Positions 9,811 to 18,145 of a stretch of DNA of 64,000 nt are shown one piece after another. The stretch comes from Candidatus Saccharimonadales bacterium (GTDB lineage: Bacteria; Patescibacteriota; Saccharimonadia; Saccharimonadales; EFPC-124), in contig JBOHNX010000001.1 of NCBI GenBank assembly GCA_050730875.1, positions 77,827-141,826 on the forward strand, read 5' to 3'. Numbering within the stretch: the first letter of the stretch is position 1; every line of letters starts with the position of its first letter. A program made the position numbers and the translations under genes. The notes under the pieces were generated by a model. The model did no database searches. It was given only the letters and a program-made list of their open reading frames with translations, and was not told the DNA's origin.

Positions 9811-10644
9811 ATGACCTCCTCCAGCCCAGCGTCGGCCAAGCCGGCTAAACTTTCGTTATTGCCAGATGAATTGGCTGCAATTAAACCGATGCCTGCCCTA
9901 GGGTTGGTAGCTCCATTTGATTTCCGCCTAGATGCAGAATGTTGGCGCTGGTTGCCGCCCCAAACATCGTTGTATGTTACTCGCACATCTCGCGTCGAAG
10001 ACGAGACAGTTACGGTTGAGTTGGCGCAGGCTGTAAGCGAAGGCGAGGATGTTGCCCGTGCGGTTGATTCACTAGTCGCCAACGACCCACAGGCGATTGC
10101 ATACGCATGTACTTCTGGCAGCTTTGTCGGTGGTGTGGCAGGGGAGAGAAAACTGTGTCAGGCCATGCTCGACGCTGGTGCACCAGCAGCTGTGACGCCT
10201 TCTGGTGCAATGGTCGAGGCGCTTCATCATCTTGGCGCAAAACGGGTGGCTGTTGCGACTCCGTACATCGAATCGCTGACCACGCTCTTAGCGGAGTTCC
10301 TGCAAGAAGCCGGTTTCGAAGTTGTCTCGAACGGCTATTTAGATAAAGACAGCGAAATCTTTAATGTTAGCTACGAAGCAGTGAAATATCTGGCCGCGAC
10401 AGTTGACCGTCCAGACGCCGACGCAATCTTCTTTAGCTGCACCAATATGCGCACATTCGATATTATTGAAGAGCTCGAGCAAGCACTCGGAAAACCGGTT
10501 TTATCGGCCAACCAAGTGACCATGTGGGCAGCACTGCGAGCAGCTAATTTACCGCTGCCAAAATTAAATCAGCGACTATTTAGCGAACCCAAACTACAAT
10601 ACTCGACCGATACGCTACTTGAGCCCGGCAAAGTGTTACACTAG
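9811..10644 (+). CDS. Asp/Glu racemase superfamily enzyme (maleate isomerase / arylmalonate decarboxylase-like)
   Basis: Two catalytic-Cys boxes, IAYACTSGSF and IFFSCTNMRTFDII, plus PVLSANQVTMWAALR. Confidence 0.7.
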   Translation: MTSSSPASAKPAKLSLLPDELAAIKPMPALGLVAPFDFRLDAECWRWLPPQTSLYVTRTSRVEDETVTVELAQAVSEGEDVARAVDSLVANDPQAIAYACTSGSFVGGVAGERKLCQAMLDAGAPAAVTPSGAMVEALHHLGAKRVAVATPYIESLTTLLAEFLQEAGFEVVSNGYLDKDSEIFNVSYEAVKYLAATVDRPDADAIFFSCTNMRTFDIIEELEQALGKPVLSANQVTMWAALRAANLPLPKLNQRLFSEPKLQYSTDTLLEPGKVLH

Positions 10645-10648
10645 AGCT

Positions 10649-11203
10649 ATGTTTGATACCACACCATACGAAGACCGCATGCAATTAGCGCTTGCGCATT
10701 TTGAAGACGAAATTAAAAAAATCCGCACTGGCCGGGCTAACCCTGGCATGTTAGAGGGCGTTATGGTTGAAGCGTACGGCGCTAAGATGCCACTGATTCA
10801 GGTTGCGACCATAACCGTGCCAGAACCGCAGCTTTTGCAGATCAATCCGTTTGACCCAACCAACTTACAAGCAGTTGTAGCGGCAATTCGCGATGACCAA
10901 AGCCTTGGTTTGAACCCATCGGATGACGGCCGCGTGATACGTGTGCCAATCCCACCACTTACTGCCGAACGCCGTCAGCAAATCGTCAAACAGCTGGGCG
11001 AAAAGGTAGAAGATTGCCGTATTGCACTTCGTAATGTTCGGCACGATGCGCTCAAAGATGCAAAGAATAAAAAAGACGCCAAAGAACTTTCGGAAGATGA
11101 TGTGAAACGGGTTGAAAAAGCACTAGACGGGGCAATGACTAACGCGCAAGGCAAACTCGACACCCTAGCCAAAGCTAAGGAACAAGAAATCCTGACGCTT
11201 TAA
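10649..11203 (+). CDS. frr: Ribosome recycling factor
   Basis: Internal ATG 10649. Sequence MFDTTPYEDRMQLALAHFEDEIKKIRTGRANPGMLEGV...IRVPIPPLTAERR. Confidence 0.95.
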   Translation: MFDTTPYEDRMQLALAHFEDEIKKIRTGRANPGMLEGVMVEAYGAKMPLIQVATITVPEPQLLQINPFDPTNLQAVVAAIRDDQSLGLNPSDDGRVIRVPIPPLTAERRQQIVKQLGEKVEDCRIALRNVRHDALKDAKNKKDAKELSEDDVKRVEKALDGAMTNAQGKLDTLAKAKEQEILTL

Positions 11204-11212
11204 TTTGCGCAC

Positions 11213-11935
11213 GTGGCGTATAATAAAACGGACATGCAAAACCGAGAGTATTCTGTGCCAGTTCACTTGGGCTTTATCGTTGACGGAAACCGCCGTTGGG
11301 CAAAAACTCACGGCCTCCCAGCGTACGAAGGTCACTTGGCTGGGCACAACACCGTAAAAGATGTACTGCGGGCAGCAGTAAATGAAGGCGTAAAATTCGT
11401 TTCGTTTTACGTATTTTCGACCGAAAATTGGAAGCGTTCCGAAGACGAAGTATCGCGCATTATGGGGCTAGTGCTCCAGTTTATAAAAGACGACCTAAAA
11501 GAAATGATCGATGAAGAAATTCGCCTGCGCGTACTCGGCCGACGCGAAGGTCTATCTGACAAAATCCTCAAGGCAATCGATGACGCCGAAGAAAAAACCA
11601 AGCATTTAAAGCGCGCGACCGTAGCGTTTTGTTTTAACTATGGCGGCCAGCAAGAAATCGCTGATGCGGCGCAAAAGTGTGTCGAAGACGGCCTGAAAGC
11701 CGAAGAAATTACGCCACAAGCGATCCGAGACCGCCTATATGCAGCTGATATTCCAGATGTAGATATGATTGTGCGTACTAGCGGCGAACGACGCATCAGC
11801 AATTTTATGCTGTGGCGCGCTGCCTACAGCGAGTTTATGTTTGTCGACAAACACTGGCCAGACATGCGCCCGGAAGACATAAAAGGTATTATAGAAGAGT
11901 ATAACCGTCGACATCGACGATTTGGAGGAAATTAG
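11213..11935 (+). CDS. uppS: Undecaprenyl-diphosphate synthase (cis-prenyltransferase)
   Basis: HLGFIVDGNRRWA, FSTENWKR, and RTSGERRISNFMLW. The start is either GTG 11213 or ATG 11234. Confidence 0.9.
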   Translation: MAYNKTDMQNREYSVPVHLGFIVDGNRRWAKTHGLPAYEGHLAGHNTVKDVLRAAVNEGVKFVSFYVFSTENWKRSEDEVSRIMGLVLQFIKDDLKEMIDEEIRLRVLGRREGLSDKILKAIDDAEEKTKHLKRATVAFCFNYGGQQEIADAAQKCVEDGLKAEEITPQAIRDRLYAADIPDVDMIVRTSGERRISNFMLWRAAYSEFMFVDKHWPDMRPEDIKGIIEEYNRRHRRFGGN

Positions 11936-11936
11936 T

Positions 11937-13025
11937 TTGGGAACGTTACTGTTTATCATCGGACTACTGATGTTTGTAGGCCTCGTAGTATTGCACGAGC
12001 TTGGACACGCCATTGTTGCGCGTCGCAATAAAGTTGAGGTTGAAGAATTTGGCATTGGCTTTCCACCCCGCGCCTGGGGCAAAAAGCTTAAAAACGGCAC
12101 ATTTTTTAGCCTTAACTGGCTGCCGCTTGGTGGTTTTGTAAAACTAAAAGGGGAGCATGACTCGGCAGACGGGCCGGGCACCTACGGTGGCGCCTCGTTG
12201 TGGGCCAAAACCAAAATTTTACTAGCCGGCGTGGTTGTTAACTGGCTTACTGCAGCCGTCATCTTCACCATTTTGGCGCTTATCGGTTTGCCGAAGATCC
12301 TGCCAAATCAATTTACGGTTGCCGCTGACACGAATGTTGTTCAAAACAACGTCATCGCCGCTCAGATAGGCGAGAACTCGCCAGCGCAAAAAGCTGGTTT
12401 GCAACAAGGTGACGCGTTACTAAAGTTTGCTGGTCAAGATGTAAAAAGTGCCGACCACTTCAGGGAACTTACCAAGGCAAATGCAGGTCAAACGGTGCCA
12501 GTCAGCGTTACCCGGGGCAATGAAGCAAAGGAAGTGAATGTAACGCTCAACAAAGAGTCGGAGAACGGCCGGGGCTTCGTCGGTATTGGCTTAGCCGAAC
12601 AAACGTTGCAGCGTTCGACTTGGTCGGCACCAATTGTAGGTGTTGGTGTGACAACGCAATTTACTGTCGAAACACTGAAGGGGCTCGGTACGGTTATCGG
12701 CCATCTATTTAAGAGCGAATTCGCTCAAGCCGGGCAAAATGTTGCCGGACCAGTTGGCATTTTCAGCATTCTTAAAACCAGCAGTGACCTTGGTATAACG
12801 CCGGTACTGTTCTTGATCGGTATTATTTCGCTCACCCTTGCCGTCATGAACGCGTTGCCGATACCAGCGCTCGACGGTGGCCGTTTGTTCGTAACCCTTA
12901 TCTTCCGTGCTCTTAAAAAGCCACTTACTAAAAAGCGCGAAGAGGCAATTCAAGCGGCTGGATTCATCGCTTTAATGACGCTCGTCGTGTTAATTACGAT
13001 TGTCGATGTCGGACGATTCTTCTAA
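11937..13025 (+). CDS. rseP: RIP site-2 metalloprotease (M50, RseP-type) with PDZ
   Basis: HELGHAIVARR (HExxH), a PDZ-like PAQKAGLQQGD, and NALPIPALDGG. SD GGAGGA (11924-11929) sits 7 nt before TTG 11937, so 11937 is preferred over track start 11922. Confidence 0.85.
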   Translation: MGTLLFIIGLLMFVGLVVLHELGHAIVARRNKVEVEEFGIGFPPRAWGKKLKNGTFFSLNWLPLGGFVKLKGEHDSADGPGTYGGASLWAKTKILLAGVVVNWLTAAVIFTILALIGLPKILPNQFTVAADTNVVQNNVIAAQIGENSPAQKAGLQQGDALLKFAGQDVKSADHFRELTKANAGQTVPVSVTRGNEAKEVNVTLNKESENGRGFVGIGLAEQTLQRSTWSAPIVGVGVTTQFTVETLKGLGTVIGHLFKSEFAQAGQNVAGPVGIFSILKTSSDLGITPVLFLIGIISLTLAVMNALPIPALDGGRLFVTLIFRALKKPLTKKREEAIQAAGFIALMTLVVLITIVDVGRFF

Positions 13026-13740
13026 AAAAGTAGAGCAACCAAAAGCGTCAGACACTGAAACGCCAGTTGGCTGGGGCGTACTAGGTGCCCTGATTTATAG
13101 CACCTTGGCGTACCTAGTGCCGCAAGTCGTGTTGGTGCCACTGGCGCCGATTCTGCTGCAACTTGCGCCTTACAGTACAAATACTCAAACATTTGTGCTG
13201 CATGCCGCGATAGAACTGCTCACGGTTGTTACCATCGCCTTTATTGTGCGCGCTTACAGATTGAGATTGCGCGATATTGGCTTGGGTAGTTTTGACCCAA
13301 TGCATCTGGCGTACGCAGTCGGTGGGTTTATTGTCTATTTTGTACTTTCAATCAGTATTAACGAAGTGGTGTCGCGGTTTATTCAAGTCGACCAAAACCA
13401 GCCGCAAGAACTGGGCTATGCATCACCGGTTGGTTTAGAACTAGTACTAATTTTTGTGGCGCTGGTGGTGCTGGCACCACTGGCCGAAGAACTGCTGTTT
13501 AGAGGTTTTTTGTACCGCGGGCTTCGCCGTCGACTTAGTTTTATACCAGCCACACTTGTTACCAGCCTTTTGTTTGCGGTTGCACATGCACAGCTTAATG
13601 TGGGTTTGGATGTGTTTGCCCTCAGCTTAGTGCTTTGCTACATGCGCGAAAAAACCGACAGCTTGTGGCCGGGCATTTTGCTGCACGCTACAAAAAACGC
13701 CGTGGCCTTCTCTTTACTCTTTGTTATAATGACCGAATAA
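13000..13740 (+). CDS. CPBP-family intramembrane glutamic endopeptidase (CAAX protease-like)
   Basis: LAEELLFRGFLYRGL, LFAVAHA and LLHATKNAV motifs in a polytopic protein. Overlaps the rseP end by 26 nt. Confidence 0.8.
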   Translation: MSMSDDSSKKVEQPKASDTETPVGWGVLGALIYSTLAYLVPQVVLVPLAPILLQLAPYSTNTQTFVLHAAIELLTVVTIAFIVRAYRLRLRDIGLGSFDPMHLAYAVGGFIVYFVLSISINEVVSRFIQVDQNQPQELGYASPVGLELVLIFVALVVLAPLAEELLFRGFLYRGLRRRLSFIPATLVTSLLFAVAHAQLNVGLDVFALSLVLCYMREKTDSLWPGILLHATKNAVAFSLLFVIMTE

Positions 13741-13854
13741 GGGAAGAGTGCTATATGTCTGCATTGTTTGGTACTGCTAACAACACGCCCATCCCGGCCG
13801 TTTGGTCGAGTTAATTTTTGTACCTTATTTTAGTAGCACTAACAGGATAAACAC

Positions 13855-15111
13855 ATGAGAATTTCCAAACTATTTACAAAAACACGCAAACAAGCGCCAG
13901 CTGATGAGACTTCTAAGAATGCGCAATTGTTGATTAAGGCTGGCTACGTGTACAAGGCTATGGCTGGTGCTTATGCCTTCTTGCCACTCGGCAAACGTGT
14001 TTTAGACAACATTTCACAAATTGTCCGCGAAGAAATGAATGCAATTGGTGGCCAAGAAGTCCAAATGACCGTATTGCAACCAAAGGATATTTGGGAAAAG
14101 ACAGATCGTTGGGATGACGAAAAGGTAGACAATTGGTTCAAAACGAAACTGGCTAATGGCAGCGAGCTAGGTGTGGGGCTCACGCACGAAGAACCAATCG
14201 TGGTAGCGCTGCAGGATTACATTAACTCGTACAAAGACTTTCCAATTTACGTCTATCAGATTCAAAGTAAATTCCGTAACGAGCTGCGGGCTAAAAGCGG
14301 TTTGCTGCGTGGTCGCGAATTTATCATGAAGGATATGTATTCCTTAGCTCGCTCGCAAGAAGAACACGCCGAACTCTACGAACGCGCGGCAGAAGCCTAC
14401 CACAAAGTGTACGAACGCCTCGGTATTGGCGACATCACATACAGAACCTACGCAGATGGCGGTATATTTACCGAGAAATTTAGCGACGAATTCCAAACAA
14501 TCAGCCCGATTGGTGAAGATACTATTTACGTCCACGAAGGCAAGAAAATTGCCGTCAACAAAGAGATCTATACTGATGAGAATTTGGCAAAACTTGGCCT
14601 CAAAAAGGAGGAGTTAATAGAAAAGCGCGGTGTTGAAGTCGGTAACATCTTTCCGCTCGAAAGCAAATACACCGATGCTTTCGACGTCTATTACACTGAT
14701 GAGAACGGCCAAGAGCAATCAATCATCATGGGTTGCTATGGTATTGGTGTGAGTCGTTTGGTTGGTTTGCTCGCCGAGCACTTTGCAGACGATAAGGGTA
14801 TGGTATGGCCAGAAAACATTGCGCCCGCCAAAGTATACTTGGCGTCGCTTGGCACAGATGAAAAGGTAGTAAAAGCTGCGGATAAGCTGTACGAAGACCT
14901 CGCTAAAAAGGGCATCGAGGTACTCTACGACGATCGTGTAGATGCTCGCCCTGGTGAAAAGTTCGCAGATGCCGACCTCCTCGGTATCCCACATCGTGTT
15001 GTAATAAGTACAAAGCTTGTTGAGGACGGAAAGTTCGAGCTTAAGGCACGCACGTCGGACCAGCTGCAGGTGCTGTCACAAGACGAGCTGCTTGCTAAGC
15101 TGACCCCTTAA
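13855..15111 (+). CDS. proS: Prolyl-tRNA synthetase (short form lacking the large editing insertion)
   Basis: MRISKLFTKTRKQAPADETSKNAQLLIKAGY, class II motifs FRNELRAKSGLLRGREF and GCYGIGVSRL, and a C-terminal anticodon-binding domain. Confidence 0.9.
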   Translation: MRISKLFTKTRKQAPADETSKNAQLLIKAGYVYKAMAGAYAFLPLGKRVLDNISQIVREEMNAIGGQEVQMTVLQPKDIWEKTDRWDDEKVDNWFKTKLANGSELGVGLTHEEPIVVALQDYINSYKDFPIYVYQIQSKFRNELRAKSGLLRGREFIMKDMYSLARSQEEHAELYERAAEAYHKVYERLGIGDITYRTYADGGIFTEKFSDEFQTISPIGEDTIYVHEGKKIAVNKEIYTDENLAKLGLKKEELIEKRGVEVGNIFPLESKYTDAFDVYYTDENGQEQSIIMGCYGIGVSRLVGLLAEHFADDKGMVWPENIAPAKVYLASLGTDEKVVKAADKLYEDLAKKGIEVLYDDRVDARPGEKFADADLLGIPHRVVISTKLVEDGKFELKARTSDQLQVLSQDELLAKLTP

Positions 15112-15195
15112 AATCGGCGGTTAACAGAGGTCATGCGCACAATATATGTATACTATTTTTCCCATTTGTGCCACATCATTAACGCCGTAAACAAC

Positions 15196-15224
15196 TTGCA
15201 TTGAGTTTCCCGAGTTGCTATACT
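15196..15224 (+). promoter_or_regulatory. Sigma-70-type promoter for greA
   Basis: TTGCAT (15196-15201), a 17-nt spacer and TGcTATACT (-10 at 15219-15224). The leader to ATG 15349 is about 120 nt. Confidence 0.5.
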
Positions 15225-15348
15225 AATTCGGACGAGCAACAGATAAACACTGTAGAAGCGGAACCACCACAGGTTTTTCGCTCACTTAGAAGCTCGCACA
15301 CCCCTAAACTCGCCTATAACAAAGCGCCAGAGAAAGAGAGTACCAACT

Positions 15349-15810
15349 ATGAAAAAGGCCTACCAGCTGACACCAGCCGGCAAGTTAGATCTCGAGAAAG
15401 AACTCGAGGAGCTTAAGTCGCTCCGTTCGACTATTGCCCAAAAGATTGCCGACGCCCGCGACTACGGCGACCTCCGCGAAAACTCAGAGTACGCTGAAGC
15501 CCGTGAAGAGCAGGCACAAGTCGAAAGTCGCATTGCCGAGATCGAGGATATTTTGCTAAACGCGAGCCTCATTAAGGATAATCGCAAAAACCCAACTGCA
15601 GTTACGTTAGGCGTGACTGTCGACCTGCACTCGCAGGACAAAAAAGTTCGTTACACCATTGTTGGTTCAGTCGAAGCAGACCCACTAGAGGGTAAGATTT
15701 CTGACGAATCACCAATCGGCCAAGCCCTCCTGGGCAAAAAAGTCGGTGAGACCGTTAGCATTAGCACCCCAAGTGGTGAAGTAAGCTACACTGTTGCCTC
15801 ACTTGGCTAA
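15349..15810 (+). CDS. greA: Transcription elongation factor GreA
   Basis: LTPAGKLDLEKELEELK...ARDYGDLRENSEYAEAREEQ...ISDESPIGQALLGKKVGE. Confidence 0.95.
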   Translation: MKKAYQLTPAGKLDLEKELEELKSLRSTIAQKIADARDYGDLRENSEYAEAREEQAQVESRIAEIEDILLNASLIKDNRKNPTAVTLGVTVDLHSQDKKVRYTIVGSVEADPLEGKISDESPIGQALLGKKVGETVSISTPSGEVSYTVASLG

Positions 15811-15836
15811 TACCAACCGCTTCTAAGTATGCAAAA

Positions 15837-15870
15837 ACACCGCCAATCAGATGGCGGTGTTTGCGTTTTT
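15837..15870 (+). terminator. Rho-independent terminator after greA
   Basis: ACACCGCCA (15837-15845), loop ATCAGA, TGGCGGTGT (15852-15860), then TTGCGTTTTT. Confidence 0.75.
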
Positions 15871-16114
15871 AGAGCCTATTGTAAGACCTTTTCCTTAGTT
15901 CAAACTGAGCACTTTTTGAGCGAAAACCGTTTAGCGCACCCTAGTTTTGCCCTCTTTCGGAGCAAGCTCTTCCACTCGGGGCCAAGCAATGAAAACTCAC
16001 AGTGCCACTGGCACTGTTCGGGAAATATAGCCATAGCTACGCTGGCGAGTGCTAAGCAGTTTGCAACCAGAAAGGGCCAGTTTGGGTCTGGAAAGAGGTT
16101 TTGTAATAGGCTCT
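15871..16114. repeat. About 245-nt intergenic element closed by long-range inverted repeats
   Basis: AGAGCCTATT (15871-15880) pairs with AATAGGCTCT (16105-16114). ACCTTTTCC (15886-15894) pairs with GGAAAGAGGT (16090-16099, one bulge). CAAACTG (15901-15907) pairs with CAGTTTG (16078-16084). A central hairpin CAGTGCC-ACT-GGCACTG sits at 16000-16016. Confidence 0.45.
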
Positions 16115-16132
16115 ATGGTAAGATAAACAGCA

Positions 16133-17653
16133 ATGGCTACTCTGAAAGAACTGCGCGACGAACGCCTGCGCAAACTCCAAGATCTAAAAGAATTAGGTGT
16201 AAATTCGTATCCGGCAAAAGCCGAACGGACACACACCTTGCTCGCAATTCACGAACGTTTTGACGAGCTAGAGGACAAAAAAGTAAGTATCGTCGGGCGC
16301 ATTACCAACATCCGCAAATTCGGCAAAATCGCCTTTGTGGTGGTGAAAGATGCCACCGGCACGCTGCAATTATTCCTAGGTGCCGACAAAGTAGAAGGAT
16401 TGAAAGCAGAAGACAGCCAATTAGGCTTCGACCAACTACCATTGCTCGATAGCGGCGATTTTATCGAAGCCAGCGGCCCGGTTATTAAAACCAAAACCGG
16501 CGAAGTTTCGGTAGAAGTGCACCGCCTGCGCCTGCTTACCAAAAGCCTGCGTCCGCTTCCTACTGTCCACGACGGTTTTAGCAATAAAGAAGAACGCCTG
16601 CGACGCCGTTACGTTGACACAAACGTTAATAAAGACGTGTACGAACGCTTCCTACGCCGCAGCGCCTTTTGGCAAGCTACTCGCGACTTCTTAATTGCAG
16701 AAGGCTTTGTCGAGCTCAACACGCCAGTGCTCGAGCTCACCACTGGTGGCGCCGACGCAACGCCGTTTGTAACGCACATGGACGCACTCGGCCAAGACTT
16801 TTACCTGCGCATTAGCCACGAGCTGCCGCTGAAGCGACTTTTGGTAGGTGGGTACGAAAAAGTGTTCGACATCGGTCCGCGCTTCCGCAACGAAAACTAC
16901 AGCGACGAACACCTGCCAGAGCACAATGCCATGGAATGGTACTGGGCCTACGCCGACTGGGAAATGGGCATGAAGTTCACAGAGCGCCTGGTGCGCACCG
17001 TAGCCGACCGAACCTGGGGCACTCGAACATTTAAGTTGCTCAACGGCCACGAAGTCGATCTCGGCAAAGATGGCGAAGATTGGCCACGCATTAGCTTTGT
17101 GAAAATCATCAAGGAGCACTACGGTTTAGATGTGTTCGACTGCACGCTGCAAGACGTGCAAGCGCAGCTCAAAAAACACGGCATCGAAGTAGAGAAGCAA
17201 GACAACAAAGCCCGCGGTATCGACAAACTCTGGAAAGTTGTGCGCAAAACTATGAACGGCCCAGCGTTTTTGGTAGACGTACCTACCTTTTTGCAGCCAC
17301 TCGCCAAAACCCAGCCCGGCAAACCAGAGCTCACCGAGCAATTCAACCTAATCTTAGGCGGCACCGAAGCCTGCAAAGCCTACAGCGAGCTCAACGATCC
17401 AATCGACCAGCTCAACCGCTTTAAAGAACAGCAAGCCATGCGCGACGCCGGCGACGACGAAGCCCAAATGATGGACATCGACTACGTAGAAGCGCTGGAA
17501 TACGCCATGCCCCCAGCCTGCGGCTTCGGCTACAGCGAACGCCTATTCTGGATGCTGGAAGGCGTCACCGCCCGCGAAGGCGTTATCTTCCCACAACTTC
17601 GAAGAGAAGTGGATGAAGTGACTAAAAATGTTTATCCCAACGTTAAACTGTAG
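16133..17653 (+). CDS. lysS: Lysyl-tRNA synthetase, class II
   Basis: N-terminal OB-fold domain. Class II motifs FRNENYSDEHLPEHNAMEWY and GFGYSERL. Confidence 0.95.
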   Translation: MATLKELRDERLRKLQDLKELGVNSYPAKAERTHTLLAIHERFDELEDKKVSIVGRITNIRKFGKIAFVVVKDATGTLQLFLGADKVEGLKAEDSQLGFDQLPLLDSGDFIEASGPVIKTKTGEVSVEVHRLRLLTKSLRPLPTVHDGFSNKEERLRRRYVDTNVNKDVYERFLRRSAFWQATRDFLIAEGFVELNTPVLELTTGGADATPFVTHMDALGQDFYLRISHELPLKRLLVGGYEKVFDIGPRFRNENYSDEHLPEHNAMEWYWAYADWEMGMKFTERLVRTVADRTWGTRTFKLLNGHEVDLGKDGEDWPRISFVKIIKEHYGLDVFDCTLQDVQAQLKKHGIEVEKQDNKARGIDKLWKVVRKTMNGPAFLVDVPTFLQPLAKTQPGKPELTEQFNLILGGTEACKAYSELNDPIDQLNRFKEQQAMRDAGDDEAQMMDIDYVEALEYAMPPACGFGYSERLFWMLEGVTAREGVIFPQLRREVDEVTKNVYPNVKL

Positions 17654-17671
17654 ATGGTTTTGACGGCATAG

Positions 17672-18106
17672 ATGACTGGCCTCAACAAGCAATTTGGCGA
17701 CGAAGGCGAGAAGGAAGTAGTGGAGTTGGTTCCTTGCCCAAACTGTCGTAAAGAGCTGATGTTATTGCCGCCAAATTATCCCATGTGTGACGTGCAGTGT
17801 TCTAGCTGTAATTTTAGAGCGCAAATTAAAACTAGCAGAGCCAAGCCAAGAGCAGAGATTTTTGGCGCAGGCTGGGATGTAACAGACAAAGTATTAAAAT
17901 CTGGCTACTTGATGCCCTCGCTAATTGTGAACTTCAAGTGGGATGATGCTTCGGGCGAGCATCAGGAAATTCGATTCTATCCTTTTGTACCTAAAACAAA
18001 CCTCAAGAAGAGACAATTATCCCTTACGGCTCGTCGGGCAAGTTATAAAATGTTCAATTATATTGGGTTGGATAAATTACCGCACTTTATTTTGTATGAG
18101 AAGTGA
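17672..18106 (+). CDS. Small putative PD-(D/E)xK (Mrr-cat-like) nuclease with inserted CxxC...CxxC zinc ribbon
   Basis: GDEGEKEVVELV, then CPNC...(17 aa)...CDVQCSSC, then RAQIKTSR. This resembles the E...D...QxK arrangement of Mrr-type nucleases. Motif reading only. Confidence 0.45.
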   Translation: MTGLNKQFGDEGEKEVVELVPCPNCRKELMLLPPNYPMCDVQCSSCNFRAQIKTSRAKPRAEIFGAGWDVTDKVLKSGYLMPSLIVNFKWDDASGEHQEIRFYPFVPKTNLKKRQLSLTARRASYKMFNYIGLDKLPHFILYEK

Positions 18107-18145
18107 GCGAGTGCCTTAAGCGTGCCGGTACAGTATAGTAAAAGT

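Noticed and set aside
13755-13814. 19-codon ORF (MSALFGTANNTPIPAVWSS) upstream of proS as a proline-sensing leader peptide
   Set aside because: It has only two Pro codons, not consecutive, and I could trace no terminator/antiterminator alternative. It is probably fortuitous.
15871-16132. T-box or lysine (L-box) riboswitch upstream of lysS
   Set aside because: I found no T-box antiterminator consensus (…GGGTGGTACCGCG…) or L-box core motifs, and the likely lysS promoter lies at the very end of the spacer.
15829-16263. 144-aa plus-strand ORF spanning the greA-lysS spacer
   Set aside because: It runs through the greA terminator and into lysS in another frame. Its sequence is low-quality (C/R/S/F-rich) with no SD or promoter logic.
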